Virus record (IMG/VR): IMGVR_UViG_3300042876_000282
Coordinates: 1 to 64,000 of that record
Source of the DNA: a virus
Strand: one strand, 5' to 3'
DNA length: 64,000 nucleotides
The notes under the pieces are model-generated. The model was given only the letters and a program-made list of their open reading frames with translations. It was not told the DNA's origin and made no database searches. The position numbers and the translations under genes were made by a program. This document shows positions 28,949 through 38,398 of this stretch, piece after piece. How positions within the stretch are numbered: the stretch's first letter is position 1; each line of letters begins with the position of its first letter.

Positions 28949-29361
28949 CGGCGGCGTTCGGCGTGCGAGCGCAGGAACCTCGGATCGTGTCTCTCGAACC
29001 GCGCGAGCCCGCGCCGTTCGCGGGGATGCTACTTCCCGACGACGTCGCGATCCGATGGCGGCAAGAGATCGAGCGATTGCGCTTCGAGCTTGATCTCGCG
29101 GCGCAACGCGCGGCGGCGTTGCAGGCGATCCACGCCGACGAGATCTCGGCGCGTGACGCCGCGGCCGCGGAGCGGCTCCGACTCCGCGATGAACTCTGGA
29201 CCGCGCGAGCGGAAGAACTCCGCGCGGCGGCGGCGGACGCTCGACGAGAGCGCGACGCGGCGCGCCGGCGCGCGGGGCCGCGGTGGTGGCAGCGTCCGGG
29301 GCTATGGTTCGCGCTCGGTGCGGGTAGCGCTGGCGCGTTGGCGGTGGTTCTCTCACGGTAG
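28894..29361 (+). CDS. Putative spanin partner (signal peptide, coiled coil, C-terminal TM)
   Basis: Overlaps the previous gene by 55 nt; APFAGMLL motif. Confidence 0.5.
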   Translation: MAERLRSIAAIGFFVVALTAAFGVRAQEPRIVSLEPREPAPFAGMLLPDDVAIRWRQEIERLRFELDLAAQRAAALQAIHADEISARDAAAAERLRLRDELWTARAEELRAAAADARRERDAARRRAGPRWWQRPGLWFALGAGSAGALAVVLSR

Positions 29362-29376
29362 GAAAGCAGGCGGGGC

Positions 29377-29592
29377 ATGGATTCGGTCAAGTTCGAGAAC
29401 TCGTCGCACCTCACGGAAGCGACATACGACGCGGAGCGCTCGAAGCTCCGCGTGACGTTCCGCGGTGGTTCGTCGTACGTCTACGACGGCGTGCCGGCGG
29501 CGGTGTGGGAGGGGTTGATCGCGTCGCCGTCGGCGGGGAAGTTCCTCGCGGCTGAGATCAAGCCGGCGTACGCGTGCGAGCGCGTGTCGTGA
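29377..29592 (+). CDS. KTSC-domain protein
   Basis: SSHL...YD....LRVTFRGG..YVYDGVP...LIASPSAGKF...IK. Confidence 0.9.
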   Translation: MDSVKFENSSHLTEATYDAERSKLRVTFRGGSSYVYDGVPAAVWEGLIASPSAGKFLAAEIKPAYACERVS

Positions 29593-30092
29593 CGACCTCC
29601 GGAGACGTCGAGAAGGCGAGTTCCGGCGATGGGGGCGGGGATGGTAGCGGCGACGACGTCACGCGCCGTCTCGCGGCGGAGGCTGGCGAGGCCGAGGTCG
29701 ATGCCGAAGTCGTGGTCGCGGTGGTCGAGGGCGTCGCGCGGAGGATCTCGGACGTGATCGCGAACCGTGGCGAGACCTCGATCCGCGCGGCGGTGCTCGA
29801 AGCGCTCGAAGGCGAAGCCGGAGCGCTCGCGGTGCTGGCGTCGGCGTACGACGAAGGGCGAGAAGATGCGACGCGTGACGCGTTGATCGGGTCGCGCGTG
29901 CTCGACGCCGCCGACATCGATCCCGGATGGGGTGACGTCGACGGAGTCGGACTTCGGAAGACGATCCAACGCGAGACGAACGCGTGCGAGCGGTGTTCGC
30001 ACGCGACGGTGTGCGTGGTCGCTCGCACGATCCCGCCGGAGTTTCTGATCGTGGTCTCGCGGTGTCTCGCGTTTGCCCCGCGGGCGGAGTAG
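29589..30092 (+). CDS. Hypothetical protein with C-terminal Cys cluster
   Basis: CERCSHATVC...C; GTGA overlap. Confidence 0.55.
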   Translation: MTTSGDVEKASSGDGGGDGSGDDVTRRLAAEAGEAEVDAEVVVAVVEGVARRISDVIANRGETSIRAAVLEALEGEAGALAVLASAYDEGREDATRDALIGSRVLDAADIDPGWGDVDGVGLRKTIQRETNACERCSHATVCVVARTIPPEFLIVVSRCLAFAPRAE

Positions 30093-30101
30093 AATCGACT
30101 C

Positions 30102-30177
30102 CGACGCCGGCTCGAACGCGTCGCGGTCTCACCTCCCCCCTGCTACCGCGACGACCGAGCCGGCGTCACTTTTTCTT
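30102..30177 (+). ncRNA. Candidate sRNA with C-rich anti-Shine-Dalgarno loop
   Basis: TAGAAT -10 at 30090; 12-bp and 9-bp perfect stems; loop CTCACCTCCCCCCTGCT; U-tract after the stem. Confidence 0.6.
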
Positions 30178-30211
30178 GGTCGTCGTCGGCGACGTGGTAG
30201 TACGACCGCCT

Positions 30212-30931
30212 ATGGTTCGATTCGCTCTCGCTCGTGTGCTGACTTCGACGGCTCTTCTCGTGACGCTCTCGATCGGCGCAACCTACGACCGACCCGCGGC
30301 GACGGTGTCTCCGCCGGAGACACGCGCGGCGCCGAAGACGGCTGAACGTGTCGAGCCGGTGCTGGTGGTGCCGGAGATCGCGACGCCGAAGACGCGACCG
30401 ATCCCGGATTGTGCATGGACGCCGGCGGCGAAGGCGTCGCTCGTCGCGATGGTGCGGATCGAGTCGTCGTCGGGGAAGGATGCGGCGGCGATCGCGTGGA
30501 CGATGACGCGACGCTGGCTCGGGCTGGCGCGGTTCCGCGGGCGATCGTTCGCGGACTACATCGTCGACACCTCCGCGCCGCTCCGCGCGCATCGTCGCGG
30601 CGAGTTCGAGTCGCTCACGGGTTATCAGGCGTGTGTGCTGGGAGTGCCACGGCTCGACGAGCGCGGTCGCGACGCGTGTCGGATCTTCGAGGGCGAGCGG
30701 AAAGCCGCGGAGGTGGGCGCGGTGCTCGACGCGTGGGCGGCGGGTGACGTTCCCGATCCGTGCGGGGGCGAGTCGTTCATGTGGTTCGCGCCGTGGTACC
30801 GCTCGACGCAGCGCACGCGAGTCGTCTCGTGCGGTGACACCGCGAACCGCTTCCACACGTTGCCCGAGATCTCGCACGCGACGGTGCTCGAACGCGTGTC
30901 GACGCCGGTCGATCTGCGAACGTGTCGGTAG
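30212..30931 (+). CDS. Cell-wall hydrolase (SleB/Hydrolase_2-like), secreted
   Basis: Signal anchor; LVAMVRIE..AAIAWTMTRR...PDPCGG..WF resembles the family pattern. Confidence 0.55.
   Translation: MVRFALARVLTSTALLVTLSIGATYDRPAATVSPPETRAAPKTAERVEPVLVVPEIATPKTRPIPDCAWTPAAKASLVAMVRIESSSGKDAAAIAWTMTRRWLGLARFRGRSFADYIVDTSAPLRAHRRGEFESLTGYQACVLGVPRLDERGRDACRIFEGERKAAEVGAVLDAWAAGDVPDPCGGESFMWFAPWYRSTQRTRVVSCGDTANRFHTLPEISHATVLERVSTPVDLRTCR
30305..30323. repeat. 19-bp palindrome, copy 3 (perfect 9-1-9)
   Basis: GTGTCTCCGCCGGAGACAC, in CDS. Confidence 0.85.
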
Positions 30932-30976
30932 GTCGTTCCGTTCGGGTGCGGACGGCGGATGATAGGGGGGCCGGCG

Positions 30977-32416
30977 ATGATCACCGTTCGTCTCGACACC
31001 CGAATCCGACTCCCCGCGGGGCTCCCGAAGAGCTTCGTGCGAGACCTCCGCGCAGCGTTCACGCACGCGAACCCGGAGTTCTCGAAGAAACGCGCGATCG
31101 GCTTCGCATCGTACGGCGTGCCATCGCGGATCGTGACGTGCACCGTGAACGCGGACGGCTCGATCACGCTTCCGCGTGGTGGTACGGCGACGCTTCGCAA
31201 GCTCGCGCGCGAGCACGGGATCCAGATCCGATGGATCGACGATCGAGAAGAGCAGCCGGCGGTCGCGTGGCCGAAGCCGAGCGTCGAGCTTCGACCGTAC
31301 CAAGCCGCGGCGCTCGACGCGTGCCTCTTGCGAGAGCAGGGGATCGTCCGCGCTCCGACGGGATCGGGTAAGACTACGATCGCGCTCGCGGTCGCGGCGG
31401 CGTTGCAGCAGCCGGCGCTCGTGATCATGCGGGACTCGAACTTGCTCGATCAGTGGAAGGACCGCGCCGTGCGCGAGCTTGGGCTGCACGCGCGCGAGAT
31501 CGGGATCTTGCGCGGAGGGTCGAAGCTACAGATCGGGCCGCGTCTCACGCTCGCGCTTCAGCAGACCTTGAACTCGGGCGCGTTCCCGCTGGGCAAGGTC
31601 GCGCGCGAGTTCGGTGCGGTGCTCGTCGACGAAGTGCACGGCGTCGCGGCGAAGACGTTTCAGACGGTGATCGACGAGTTCCCGGCGCGGTATCGTCTCG
31701 GGTTCAGCGCGGACGAAACGCGGAAAGACGGGAAAGAGTTTTTGGTCTACGACCAGTTCGGTTCGGTGCTCTACGAAGTCGAGCGCGACGAACTCGAACG
31801 CGACGGCGTGATCGTGCCGGTGCGCGTGCGTCTCGTGCCGACGACGTTCTCCGCGGATTGGTACCGCGACGCGTCGAGCGGAGAGCGCGACTTCAATCGG
31901 TTCCTCGAAGAGTCGACGAACGACGAAGAGCGCAACGCGCAACTCGTCGGGCTCGTGCGCCGACTCGTCTCCGACGGTACGCGACCGATCTTCGTCTTCA
32001 CGCATCGCGTGGAACACGCGCGATGGATCGCGGACGTCGGTCTCTTCGCGGTGGGCGTGCGTGCCGGGCTCATGCTGGGCGGTAAGCCGAACGCGGTCCG
32101 CTTCGCGGAAGATAAGTCGCGACTCGCACGCGGCGACCTCGACGCGGCCGCGGGAACGTACAACGCGATCGGAACCGGAATCGACGTGCCGGCGGTCGCG
32201 GCTGGCGTCATGGCGACGCCGATCGGGAACAACGCGCAGTTCTTCAATCAGGTTCGCGGGCGAATCTGCCGACCCGCGCCGGGCAAGCGCGAGGGCGTGC
32301 TGTTCGTGTTGTGGGATCGAAACGTCTTCCCGGATGCTCCGGCGAAGTTCAAGAAGTGGAACCGCGGCAACGTCGAGATCCTCGACGACGCGGGACGATG
32401 GATCGCGGTCCGTTGA
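30977..32416 (+). CDS. Superfamily 2 helicase (UvsW/XPB-like)
   Basis: LRPYQ, APTGSGKT, DEVH, QVRGRICR. Confidence 0.92.
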   Translation: MITVRLDTRIRLPAGLPKSFVRDLRAAFTHANPEFSKKRAIGFASYGVPSRIVTCTVNADGSITLPRGGTATLRKLAREHGIQIRWIDDREEQPAVAWPKPSVELRPYQAAALDACLLREQGIVRAPTGSGKTTIALAVAAALQQPALVIMRDSNLLDQWKDRAVRELGLHAREIGILRGGSKLQIGPRLTLALQQTLNSGAFPLGKVAREFGAVLVDEVHGVAAKTFQTVIDEFPARYRLGFSADETRKDGKEFLVYDQFGSVLYEVERDELERDGVIVPVRVRLVPTTFSADWYRDASSGERDFNRFLEESTNDEERNAQLVGLVRRLVSDGTRPIFVFTHRVEHARWIADVGLFAVGVRAGLMLGGKPNAVRFAEDKSRLARGDLDAAAGTYNAIGTGIDVPAVAAGVMATPIGNNAQFFNQVRGRICRPAPGKREGVLFVLWDRNVFPDAPAKFKKWNRGNVEILDDAGRWIAVR

Positions 32417-32435
32417 TCGTTCGGAGGTAGCAGGG

Positions 32436-32735
32436 ATGGAACGTCGAAGGAAAGTCACGCGCGAAGGCGCGGAGGTCGAGGTCGGTTCGGAGTTCGTCGC
32501 GCGCGACGGCGACACGCTCACGGTCTCGTATCCCGAGGTCAAGCTCCCGCTCCGCGCGAAGTTCGCGATCGTCGACGTCGGCGGCGTCTCGTACACGCGT
32601 GCGCTCCGCGACGGCGACGACGTCGGAGCGGAGTACGATCGGATCTACTCGTTCCTCCGGCAGCGTGCCGAACGCGACGCGGTCGAGAAGGTGCGGATGT
32701 GGAACGCGGAGTTCGGCGACGGTGGTTCGAAATGA
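32436..32735 (+). CDS. Hypothetical protein
   Basis: GGAGG RBS; operon packing. Confidence 0.6.
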   Translation: MERRRKVTREGAEVEVGSEFVARDGDTLTVSYPEVKLPLRAKFAIVDVGGVSYTRALRDGDDVGAEYDRIYSFLRQRAERDAVEKVRMWNAEFGDGGSK

Positions 32736-33292
32736 AAGTTCGGACCAAGAAACCCGCGGGCTGGACGCCGACACCGCGCGCGGTGCCTTCCACGATGCCG
32801 ACGCCGGCGCGCGTACCATCGCCGAAGGTCGCGGACGCTCCGCGTGCATACCTCGCGGGCTTCCTCGCGGAACGTGCGAAGCCGAGCGGGGTGCGCGAAC
32901 GAAAGAAGACGAGCGCGGAGGTCGCCGAAGCCGACGCGAAGCGTCGCGCGCAGACCGGCGAGTGGGAAGACGCGAAGCCGTCGACGCTCGTCGGTCTCTA
33001 TTCGGTGTGTCATCGGATGGTCTACGGCGTTGCGCCGATCGAGTTCGAGGACAACGCAGAATTCGCGAGTGCGACGCGCGCGGCGTCGGCGTTGCTCACG
33101 TCGCAGTTCGGCGGTGACGCGGTGGAGTTCGCGGCGTTCGTGCGCTGGGCATGGACGCGCGAGAAGAACCGCGCGAAGTGGGCGCGCGACAATGGGCGGG
33201 ACATCAATCGGATGGTGTGGCGCTTCGTGTTCGCGCGCGCGAAGGTGGGGGACTACCGCGTCGACCTCGCGAATCGGGGGAGGCGTGCGTGA
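32732..33292 (+). CDS. Hypothetical protein (possible helicase loader/initiator)
   Basis: ATGA overlap; directly before DnaB. Confidence 0.55.
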   Translation: MKVRTKKPAGWTPTPRAVPSTMPTPARVPSPKVADAPRAYLAGFLAERAKPSGVRERKKTSAEVAEADAKRRAQTGEWEDAKPSTLVGLYSVCHRMVYGVAPIEFEDNAEFASATRAASALLTSQFGGDAVEFAAFVRWAWTREKNRAKWARDNGRDINRMVWRFVFARAKVGDYRVDLANRGRRA

Positions 33293-34731
33293 GCGAATCG
33301 AAGTCGAAGACGAAGGACGAGATCACCTACGACCCGACGAACGAGCGGATCGTGATCGGGATGGCTCTCGCAGATCGGAAGCGACGAGACACGTTGACGC
33401 GTACGATCGCAGCGGACGAGTTCCTCGTGCCGCAACATGCCGCGCTCTGGCGCGCTCTCCGCGTGATGACAGACAAGGGACTCGAACACGATCCCGCGGT
33501 GTTCCTTCGCATCGCGCTCGCGGAGTCTCCCGACCTCGACGCCGACTACACGAGCGGGCTTGAAGCACAAGCGACGATCCCGACCAACCCGGATTGGTAC
33601 GTCGAGACGCTTCGATGGGATGCGACGCGCGCTCGCGTGATCAAGGGGCCAGCACCGGAGCTTATCAAAGACCTCCGCGATCCGAAGGCGACGCCGGAGA
33701 AGGTCGCGAGTGCAGCGCGCGCGGTGCTTCGTGCGATCGAAGGCGGCGGCGGTCGGAGTTTCATTCGACGACCCGACGAACTCGCGCGCTCGTTCTCGGC
33801 GGAGATCGAAGCGCGCAAGGCTTCGGGCAACTTTTGGCCGACGGGCTTCGATGCGATGGACGCGAAGCTCGTCGAAGGCGCGATGCCGAAGCGAACCGCG
33901 GTCGTCGCGGGGCTTCCCGGATCTGGCAAGTCGACGTTCTCCGGAGACTTCGCGATCCGACTCGCGAAGGCCGGTCGTCGGCCGCTCGTCGGATGCTGGG
34001 AAATGGGCGCGGAGTCGACGCTCGACGTCATGGTTTCGGGCTTGCTCGGTCTCGAACTCGAACGCGTGGTCCAGGGCAACCTCACGAGCGACGAAGTCGC
34101 GCGCGTGAACAAGGCGACGCGCTGGATCACGCAGCGGGTCAAGTTCATGGAGAACGCTTTCTTCGGCGACGAGCTACGCCGCGGCGCGGGGAAGCGCTCG
34201 AACGATCGATCGCTCGACGTGCTCGAAGGCTACATCGCTGAGAGCGGATGCGACGTCGGGATTTGGGATCTCTGGGAGCGGTGTCTCGTCGATCTCTCGT
34301 ATGACGGGGTCACGACCGCGCTCTATCGCCAGCAGGAAATGCACGCGCGTTACAATATCTATGGCGTGATCTGCCACCAGCTGAGACTCAAAGACGTCGA
34401 GAAGCGCGCGGACAAGCGACCGACGCGCGAAGCGATCAAGGGCACCGGCGCGTTCGTCGAGGTCGCGGATCAGATCTTCGGCGTCCATCGCGACGCGCAA
34501 TTCAAGGCGGTACCGGACGACTCGCTCGAAATCATTTGCCTGAAACAGCGCAAGGGAAAGGCGAATTGGGCGGCGCGCTTCGAGTGGGATGGTGCTCGCG
34601 CGCAGATCACGGGAGGCGAGGAAGTGCCCTACGATCCGGGGTTGGAGTCGAGCACGCAGTTCGGAGGGGACATCGGCGACGTGAAGATCGAACGCTCGTC
34701 GCGAAAGAAGCCGAGTCGGAGGGACGGATGA
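33289..34731 (+). CDS. dnaB: Replicative DnaB-like helicase
   Basis: TGFDAMD, GLPGSGKS, EM, HQL, KRPT...IKGTG..EVAD, KQRKG. Confidence 0.92.
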   Translation: MSESKSKTKDEITYDPTNERIVIGMALADRKRRDTLTRTIAADEFLVPQHAALWRALRVMTDKGLEHDPAVFLRIALAESPDLDADYTSGLEAQATIPTNPDWYVETLRWDATRARVIKGPAPELIKDLRDPKATPEKVASAARAVLRAIEGGGGRSFIRRPDELARSFSAEIEARKASGNFWPTGFDAMDAKLVEGAMPKRTAVVAGLPGSGKSTFSGDFAIRLAKAGRRPLVGCWEMGAESTLDVMVSGLLGLELERVVQGNLTSDEVARVNKATRWITQRVKFMENAFFGDELRRGAGKRSNDRSLDVLEGYIAESGCDVGIWDLWERCLVDLSYDGVTTALYRQQEMHARYNIYGVICHQLRLKDVEKRADKRPTREAIKGTGAFVEVADQIFGVHRDAQFKAVPDDSLEIICLKQRKGKANWAARFEWDGARAQITGGEEVPYDPGLESSTQFGGDIGDVKIERSSRKKPSRRDG

Positions 34732-34931
34732 GCACGATGGCGGAAGAGCAGCCGACGCGAGCGATCGCGAACGCGGTCGAACGAATCCGTGCCGCGGTTC
34801 GCGCTGCGAAGCCGTTGCTCGAAGACCCGCGCGACGTCGCGGTCTTGGAGTTCCTCGAAGAGACGATCGACGAAGAGGGCGCGATCATCGATCGCGCGTT
34901 GACGGCATGTCGCGCGACGTCGCACGCGTAG
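34728..34931 (+). CDS. Hypothetical protein
   Basis: GGAGG RBS; ATGA overlap. Confidence 0.5.
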   Translation: MSTMAEEQPTRAIANAVERIRAAVRAAKPLLEDPRDVAVLEFLEETIDEEGAIIDRALTACRATSHA

Positions 34932-35866
34932 ACGTGTCGGAGCTACTCCGCGCGCTGGGCATCGAAGCGAAGCGCGACGGGAAGCGATGGGTCGCGAAGT
35001 GTCCGAACCCGGATCACGCGGACCGATCGCCGTCGTGGTCGATCGTCGACACCGGCTCGCACTACTGTTTCGCGTGCGGGTTGCAGGGTGGCCCGTGGGA
35101 ACTCGTCGCGTCGGTGCGGTCGTGTTCGCTCGCGGATGCTGGGAAGTGGATCGCGGCGAACGTCGGACGGCTCGACCTCGACGACGGGCTGCCGACGATT
35201 CGGATCGGAGAGCCGACGCGTGCGGAGTTCGCGCTTCCGTGGGGGGTGCAGATCCCGAGCGTGGACGGGAGCGAATGGTTTCGGCCGGCGCTCGACTACC
35301 TCGATCGACGCGGGGTCACGCGCGCGCAGATCGAACGATGGCGCATCGGGTTCGCGATCTCGGGGCGGTGCGCGATGCGCGTCGTCGTGCCGGTGGTGAC
35401 GCGTCGTCGCTTGCTCTCGTACGTCGCGCGCGCGTTCGTGAACGACGGTCGAGCGCGGTACGACACGCCGCCGCGAGACGAGCCCGGTGTGAATCCCGCG
35501 GCCGCGATCTTCGGCGAACCCGCGTTCGAGCCGCTCGACGCGGAGGGAAGGCGCGGGACGGTGACGGTGACGGAGGGTGTCTTCAAGTCGCTCGCGATGG
35601 AACGCGCAGGCGCGCCGAACCCGTGCGCGATCCTCGGTGCGAAGAACATGGGGCCGGAGAAGATCGCAACGCTCGCGACGTTCCGACGAGTGCTCGTCGC
35701 GACCGATCCGGACTCCGCCGGTGACCGAGCCTTCGACGCGCTCGCGGAATCTCTGGCGAGATACTCCGACGTCCGACGCGTACCGCTCGACCTCGCGCCG
35801 GATGATGCAGACGACGACACGAACCGCGCCGCATGGATTGCAGCGGCGAGACGGAGGGTAAGATGA
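34907..35866 (+). CDS. dnaG: DNA primase (CHC2 zinc finger plus TOPRIM)
   Basis: CP..DH.DRSPS..YCFAC; VTEG; DPDSAG. Confidence 0.9.
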   Translation: MSRDVARVDVSELLRALGIEAKRDGKRWVAKCPNPDHADRSPSWSIVDTGSHYCFACGLQGGPWELVASVRSCSLADAGKWIAANVGRLDLDDGLPTIRIGEPTRAEFALPWGVQIPSVDGSEWFRPALDYLDRRGVTRAQIERWRIGFAISGRCAMRVVVPVVTRRRLLSYVARAFVNDGRARYDTPPRDEPGVNPAAAIFGEPAFEPLDAEGRRGTVTVTEGVFKSLAMERAGAPNPCAILGAKNMGPEKIATLATFRRVLVATDPDSAGDRAFDALAESLARYSDVRRVPLDLAPDDADDDTNRAAWIAAARRRVR

Positions 35867-36255
35867 CGGCTCCGACTGGAAGACCGAAGGGAAGACCGAA
35901 GGGCGCGAAGACCGCGGCTCACGCGTACGCGTTCCGCAAGCTCGCGAAGCTCGCGCCGAACTCCGCGCGCGAGCGACTACGTCGCGCGATCATCGTCACG
36001 GGTGGGAGCTACATCGCGACCGCGGTGGTGATCGGCTACTCGCCGGCGTCGACGAAAGAGATCCAGCGCTGGATCGCGAAGTGGAACCTCGAAGACGAGG
36101 TCCGCGAAGCGAAGCGACGGGGCGCGACTCGGAACCGCGCCGGCAAGCTCACGAACAAGTCGAGCGCGATCCGCAAGACCAACGCGTCGATCGTGCGCGA
36201 CGCGAAGCGCAAGCTCGAAAAGCTCGCGAAAATCCGGGAGCTTTTGCAGACGTGA
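35863..36255 (+). CDS. Basic HTH-like DNA-binding protein
   Basis: GRPKG motif; GGSYIATAVVIG Fis-like HTH. Confidence 0.55.
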   Translation: MTAPTGRPKGRPKGAKTAAHAYAFRKLAKLAPNSARERLRRAIIVTGGSYIATAVVIGYSPASTKEIQRWIAKWNLEDEVREAKRRGATRNRAGKLTNKSSAIRKTNASIVRDAKRKLEKLAKIRELLQT

Positions 36256-36265
36256 CGATTCCCCC

Positions 36266-36330
36266 TTGCACGGTTCCGCGGCTCGTGTATATCTAGGCTC
36301 ACCAACGGGGCTCGCCCCGAGAAAGAGAAG
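36266..36330 (+). promoter_or_regulatory. Early promoter/stem-loop cassette, copy 1
   Basis: TTGCAC-N16-TATATCT; 44 nt identical to 52624-52667. Confidence 0.8.
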
Positions 36331-36337
36331 AACTCCG

Positions 36338-38308
36338 ATGACGAAGAACCTCACGCAGACGATCGCGACCCTGAACCCCGAGCAGCGCGACGTCGTCGAG
36401 CACGTTCGCGGGCCGATCATCGTCGGCGCCGTTGCCGGTGCGGGGAAGACGACCGCGCTCGTCGCGCGCATCGCGAACCTCGTCGAGAACCACGGGGTCG
36501 ACCCGCGGCGGATCCTCGCGGTGACGTTCAGCGCGAAGGCGGCGGGTGAGATGAACGAGCGGCTCCGCGCGATGATCGGCGAGAGCGACGCGCGGGTCGG
36601 TACCTTTCACTCGCTCGCGAATCAGATCGTGCGCGAAGAGAAGCTGGCGCCCGGCTACCGGCTCGACGAGCGCGACCGCTACCGCACGCTGATCAAGGAC
36701 GCGCTCGGCTTCCGCGGCATGAAGTGGGATAGCGCCGACCTCACGACGGTCTCGGCGTACATCGGACGGGCGAAGGCTTCGTGCGCGCTTCCCGGTACGC
36801 CGGAGGCTCTCGCAGTCGCGCGCAAGTTCTACGACGTGAACCCGTGCGGGCAGCGCTCGCCGGAGCTTCTCGCGGAGGCATACGCGCGGACCGAGGTCGC
36901 GCGCCGCGAGACGATGCTGATGACGTTCGACGACATGCTCCTCGACGCGTGGCACGCGCTCGCGACGAACGAGAGCACGCGTGCGCGCTGGGCGTCGCGC
37001 TGGGATTTCGTCATGCAGGACGAGTGTCAAGACGAGAACTTGGTTCAGCGCGAGATCGCTTCGATGCTCGCTCGCGACCATCGGAACTACATGGTGGTCG
37101 GCGACCCCGCACAAGCGATCTACGGCTTCCGCGGCTCCGACCCGAGCGGGCTTCTCGCGTTCGCGTCGACGTGGGGCGCGCGGGTGGTCTACATGCACCG
37201 GAACTACCGCTGCGGCGACGCGATCGCGAGCGCTGCGAACGGCGTGCTCGGTGCGATGGCTCCGACTGCGAAGCTCGACATGTCGATCACGGCGGAGCGC
37301 GGCGTCGCCGGTGACGTGGTCGCGACTCGCTTCGTCGACATGGACGCGGAAGCCGGTGGCGTCGTCGCGGAGATCCTCGCACGCGGTACGGACGGCGCGA
37401 AGTGGTCGAGCATGGCCGCGCTCTACCGCACGAACGCGCAGAGTCGCGCGCTCGAAGAGGCGCTGCTGTCGAACCGGATCCCGTACGTGGTGATCGGCGG
37501 GACCAACTTCTACGACCGGAAGGAAATCAAGGATCTTCTCGGCTACCTCCGGATCGCGAGCGGTCGCGGCGAGTTCGACGACGTGCGCCGGTGCATCAAC
37601 GCCCCGTTCCGCTTCCTCGGAAAAGCCTTCGTCGAGAAGGTGGATTCGATGCACGTCGAGTCGAATACGTGGACCGACACGGTTCGTCGTACCGCGGCGA
37701 CCGGCGGCTTGCAGTCGCGGCAGCGCACGAGCGCGCTCGAATGGTGCACGCTCGTCGACGTGCTCGCGAAGCGCATCGCGGCCGGCGGCGACGATGCGAA
37801 GCCCGCGGCGCTGATCGAAGAGGTGCTCTCGGAGACCGACTTCGTCCGGTGGATCACGCGTGACGAGGGCACCGAGAGCCCCGAGAACTCGCGGGTCTCG
37901 AACATTCGCGAACTCGTTCGAGCGTCGGAGCGCTTCGTCACGGTCGACGATCTTCTCGACTACGTCGACGAGCAGATCGAGGCGAGCAAGCGAGCGAAGG
38001 TCGGGCAGGATGCGAACCGCGTGACCCTCATGTCGATCCATCGCTCGAAGGGGCTCGAATGGTCGACGGTGTTCGTCATCGGCGCGAACGAGAAGATCCT
38101 CCCGCACGCGCGTTGCGAAGACGTCGAGGAAGAGCGGCGGCTCGCGTACGTCGCCTTCACGCGTGCGCGTGACGTTCTCCGCGTCTCGTGCGTGGCGAAC
38201 GCTGCGATCGGCCCGAAGGTCGTCACGCTCTCGCCGTCGCGGTTCGTGGTCGAGGCCGGGCTGCAGGTCGTCAACGCGGCGTGCGCAGCGCTCGAAGCCG
38301 CGGAGTGA
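36338..38308 (+). CDS. uvrD: UvrD/PcrA-like SF1 helicase
   Basis: LNPEQ, AGAGKT, DECQD, VGDPAQAIYGFRG, NYRC, HRSKGLE, EEERRLAYVAFTRA. Confidence 0.95.
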   Translation: MTKNLTQTIATLNPEQRDVVEHVRGPIIVGAVAGAGKTTALVARIANLVENHGVDPRRILAVTFSAKAAGEMNERLRAMIGESDARVGTFHSLANQIVREEKLAPGYRLDERDRYRTLIKDALGFRGMKWDSADLTTVSAYIGRAKASCALPGTPEALAVARKFYDVNPCGQRSPELLAEAYARTEVARRETMLMTFDDMLLDAWHALATNESTRARWASRWDFVMQDECQDENLVQREIASMLARDHRNYMVVGDPAQAIYGFRGSDPSGLLAFASTWGARVVYMHRNYRCGDAIASAANGVLGAMAPTAKLDMSITAERGVAGDVVATRFVDMDAEAGGVVAEILARGTDGAKWSSMAALYRTNAQSRALEEALLSNRIPYVVIGGTNFYDRKEIKDLLGYLRIASGRGEFDDVRRCINAPFRFLGKAFVEKVDSMHVESNTWTDTVRRTAATGGLQSRQRTSALEWCTLVDVLAKRIAAGGDDAKPAALIEEVLSETDFVRWITRDEGTESPENSRVSNIRELVRASERFVTVDDLLDYVDEQIEASKRAKVGQDANRVTLMSIHRSKGLEWSTVFVIGANEKILPHARCEDVEEERRLAYVAFTRARDVLRVSCVANAAIGPKVVTLSPSRFVVEAGLQVVNAACAALEAAE

Positions 38309-38325
38309 AACTCGCGCGGGGGCTC

Positions 38326-38390
38326 TTGCGAAGGTGCTCCCGCGCATCGTAGGTTCTGCACCCCAAACGACACGGGCTAGCCCGAGAAGG
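38326..38390 (+). promoter_or_regulatory. Promoter with variant leader hairpin
   Basis: TTGCGA-N18-TAGGTT; CGGG-CTAG-CCCG-AGAAGG. Confidence 0.55.
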
Positions 38391-38398
38391 ATCACGAC

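Noticed and set aside
29659-30143. Minus-strand ORF apparently led by GGGGGGAG
   Set aside because: The SD abuts the GTG and the product is a low-complexity shadow; the plus-strand hairpin explains the sequence better
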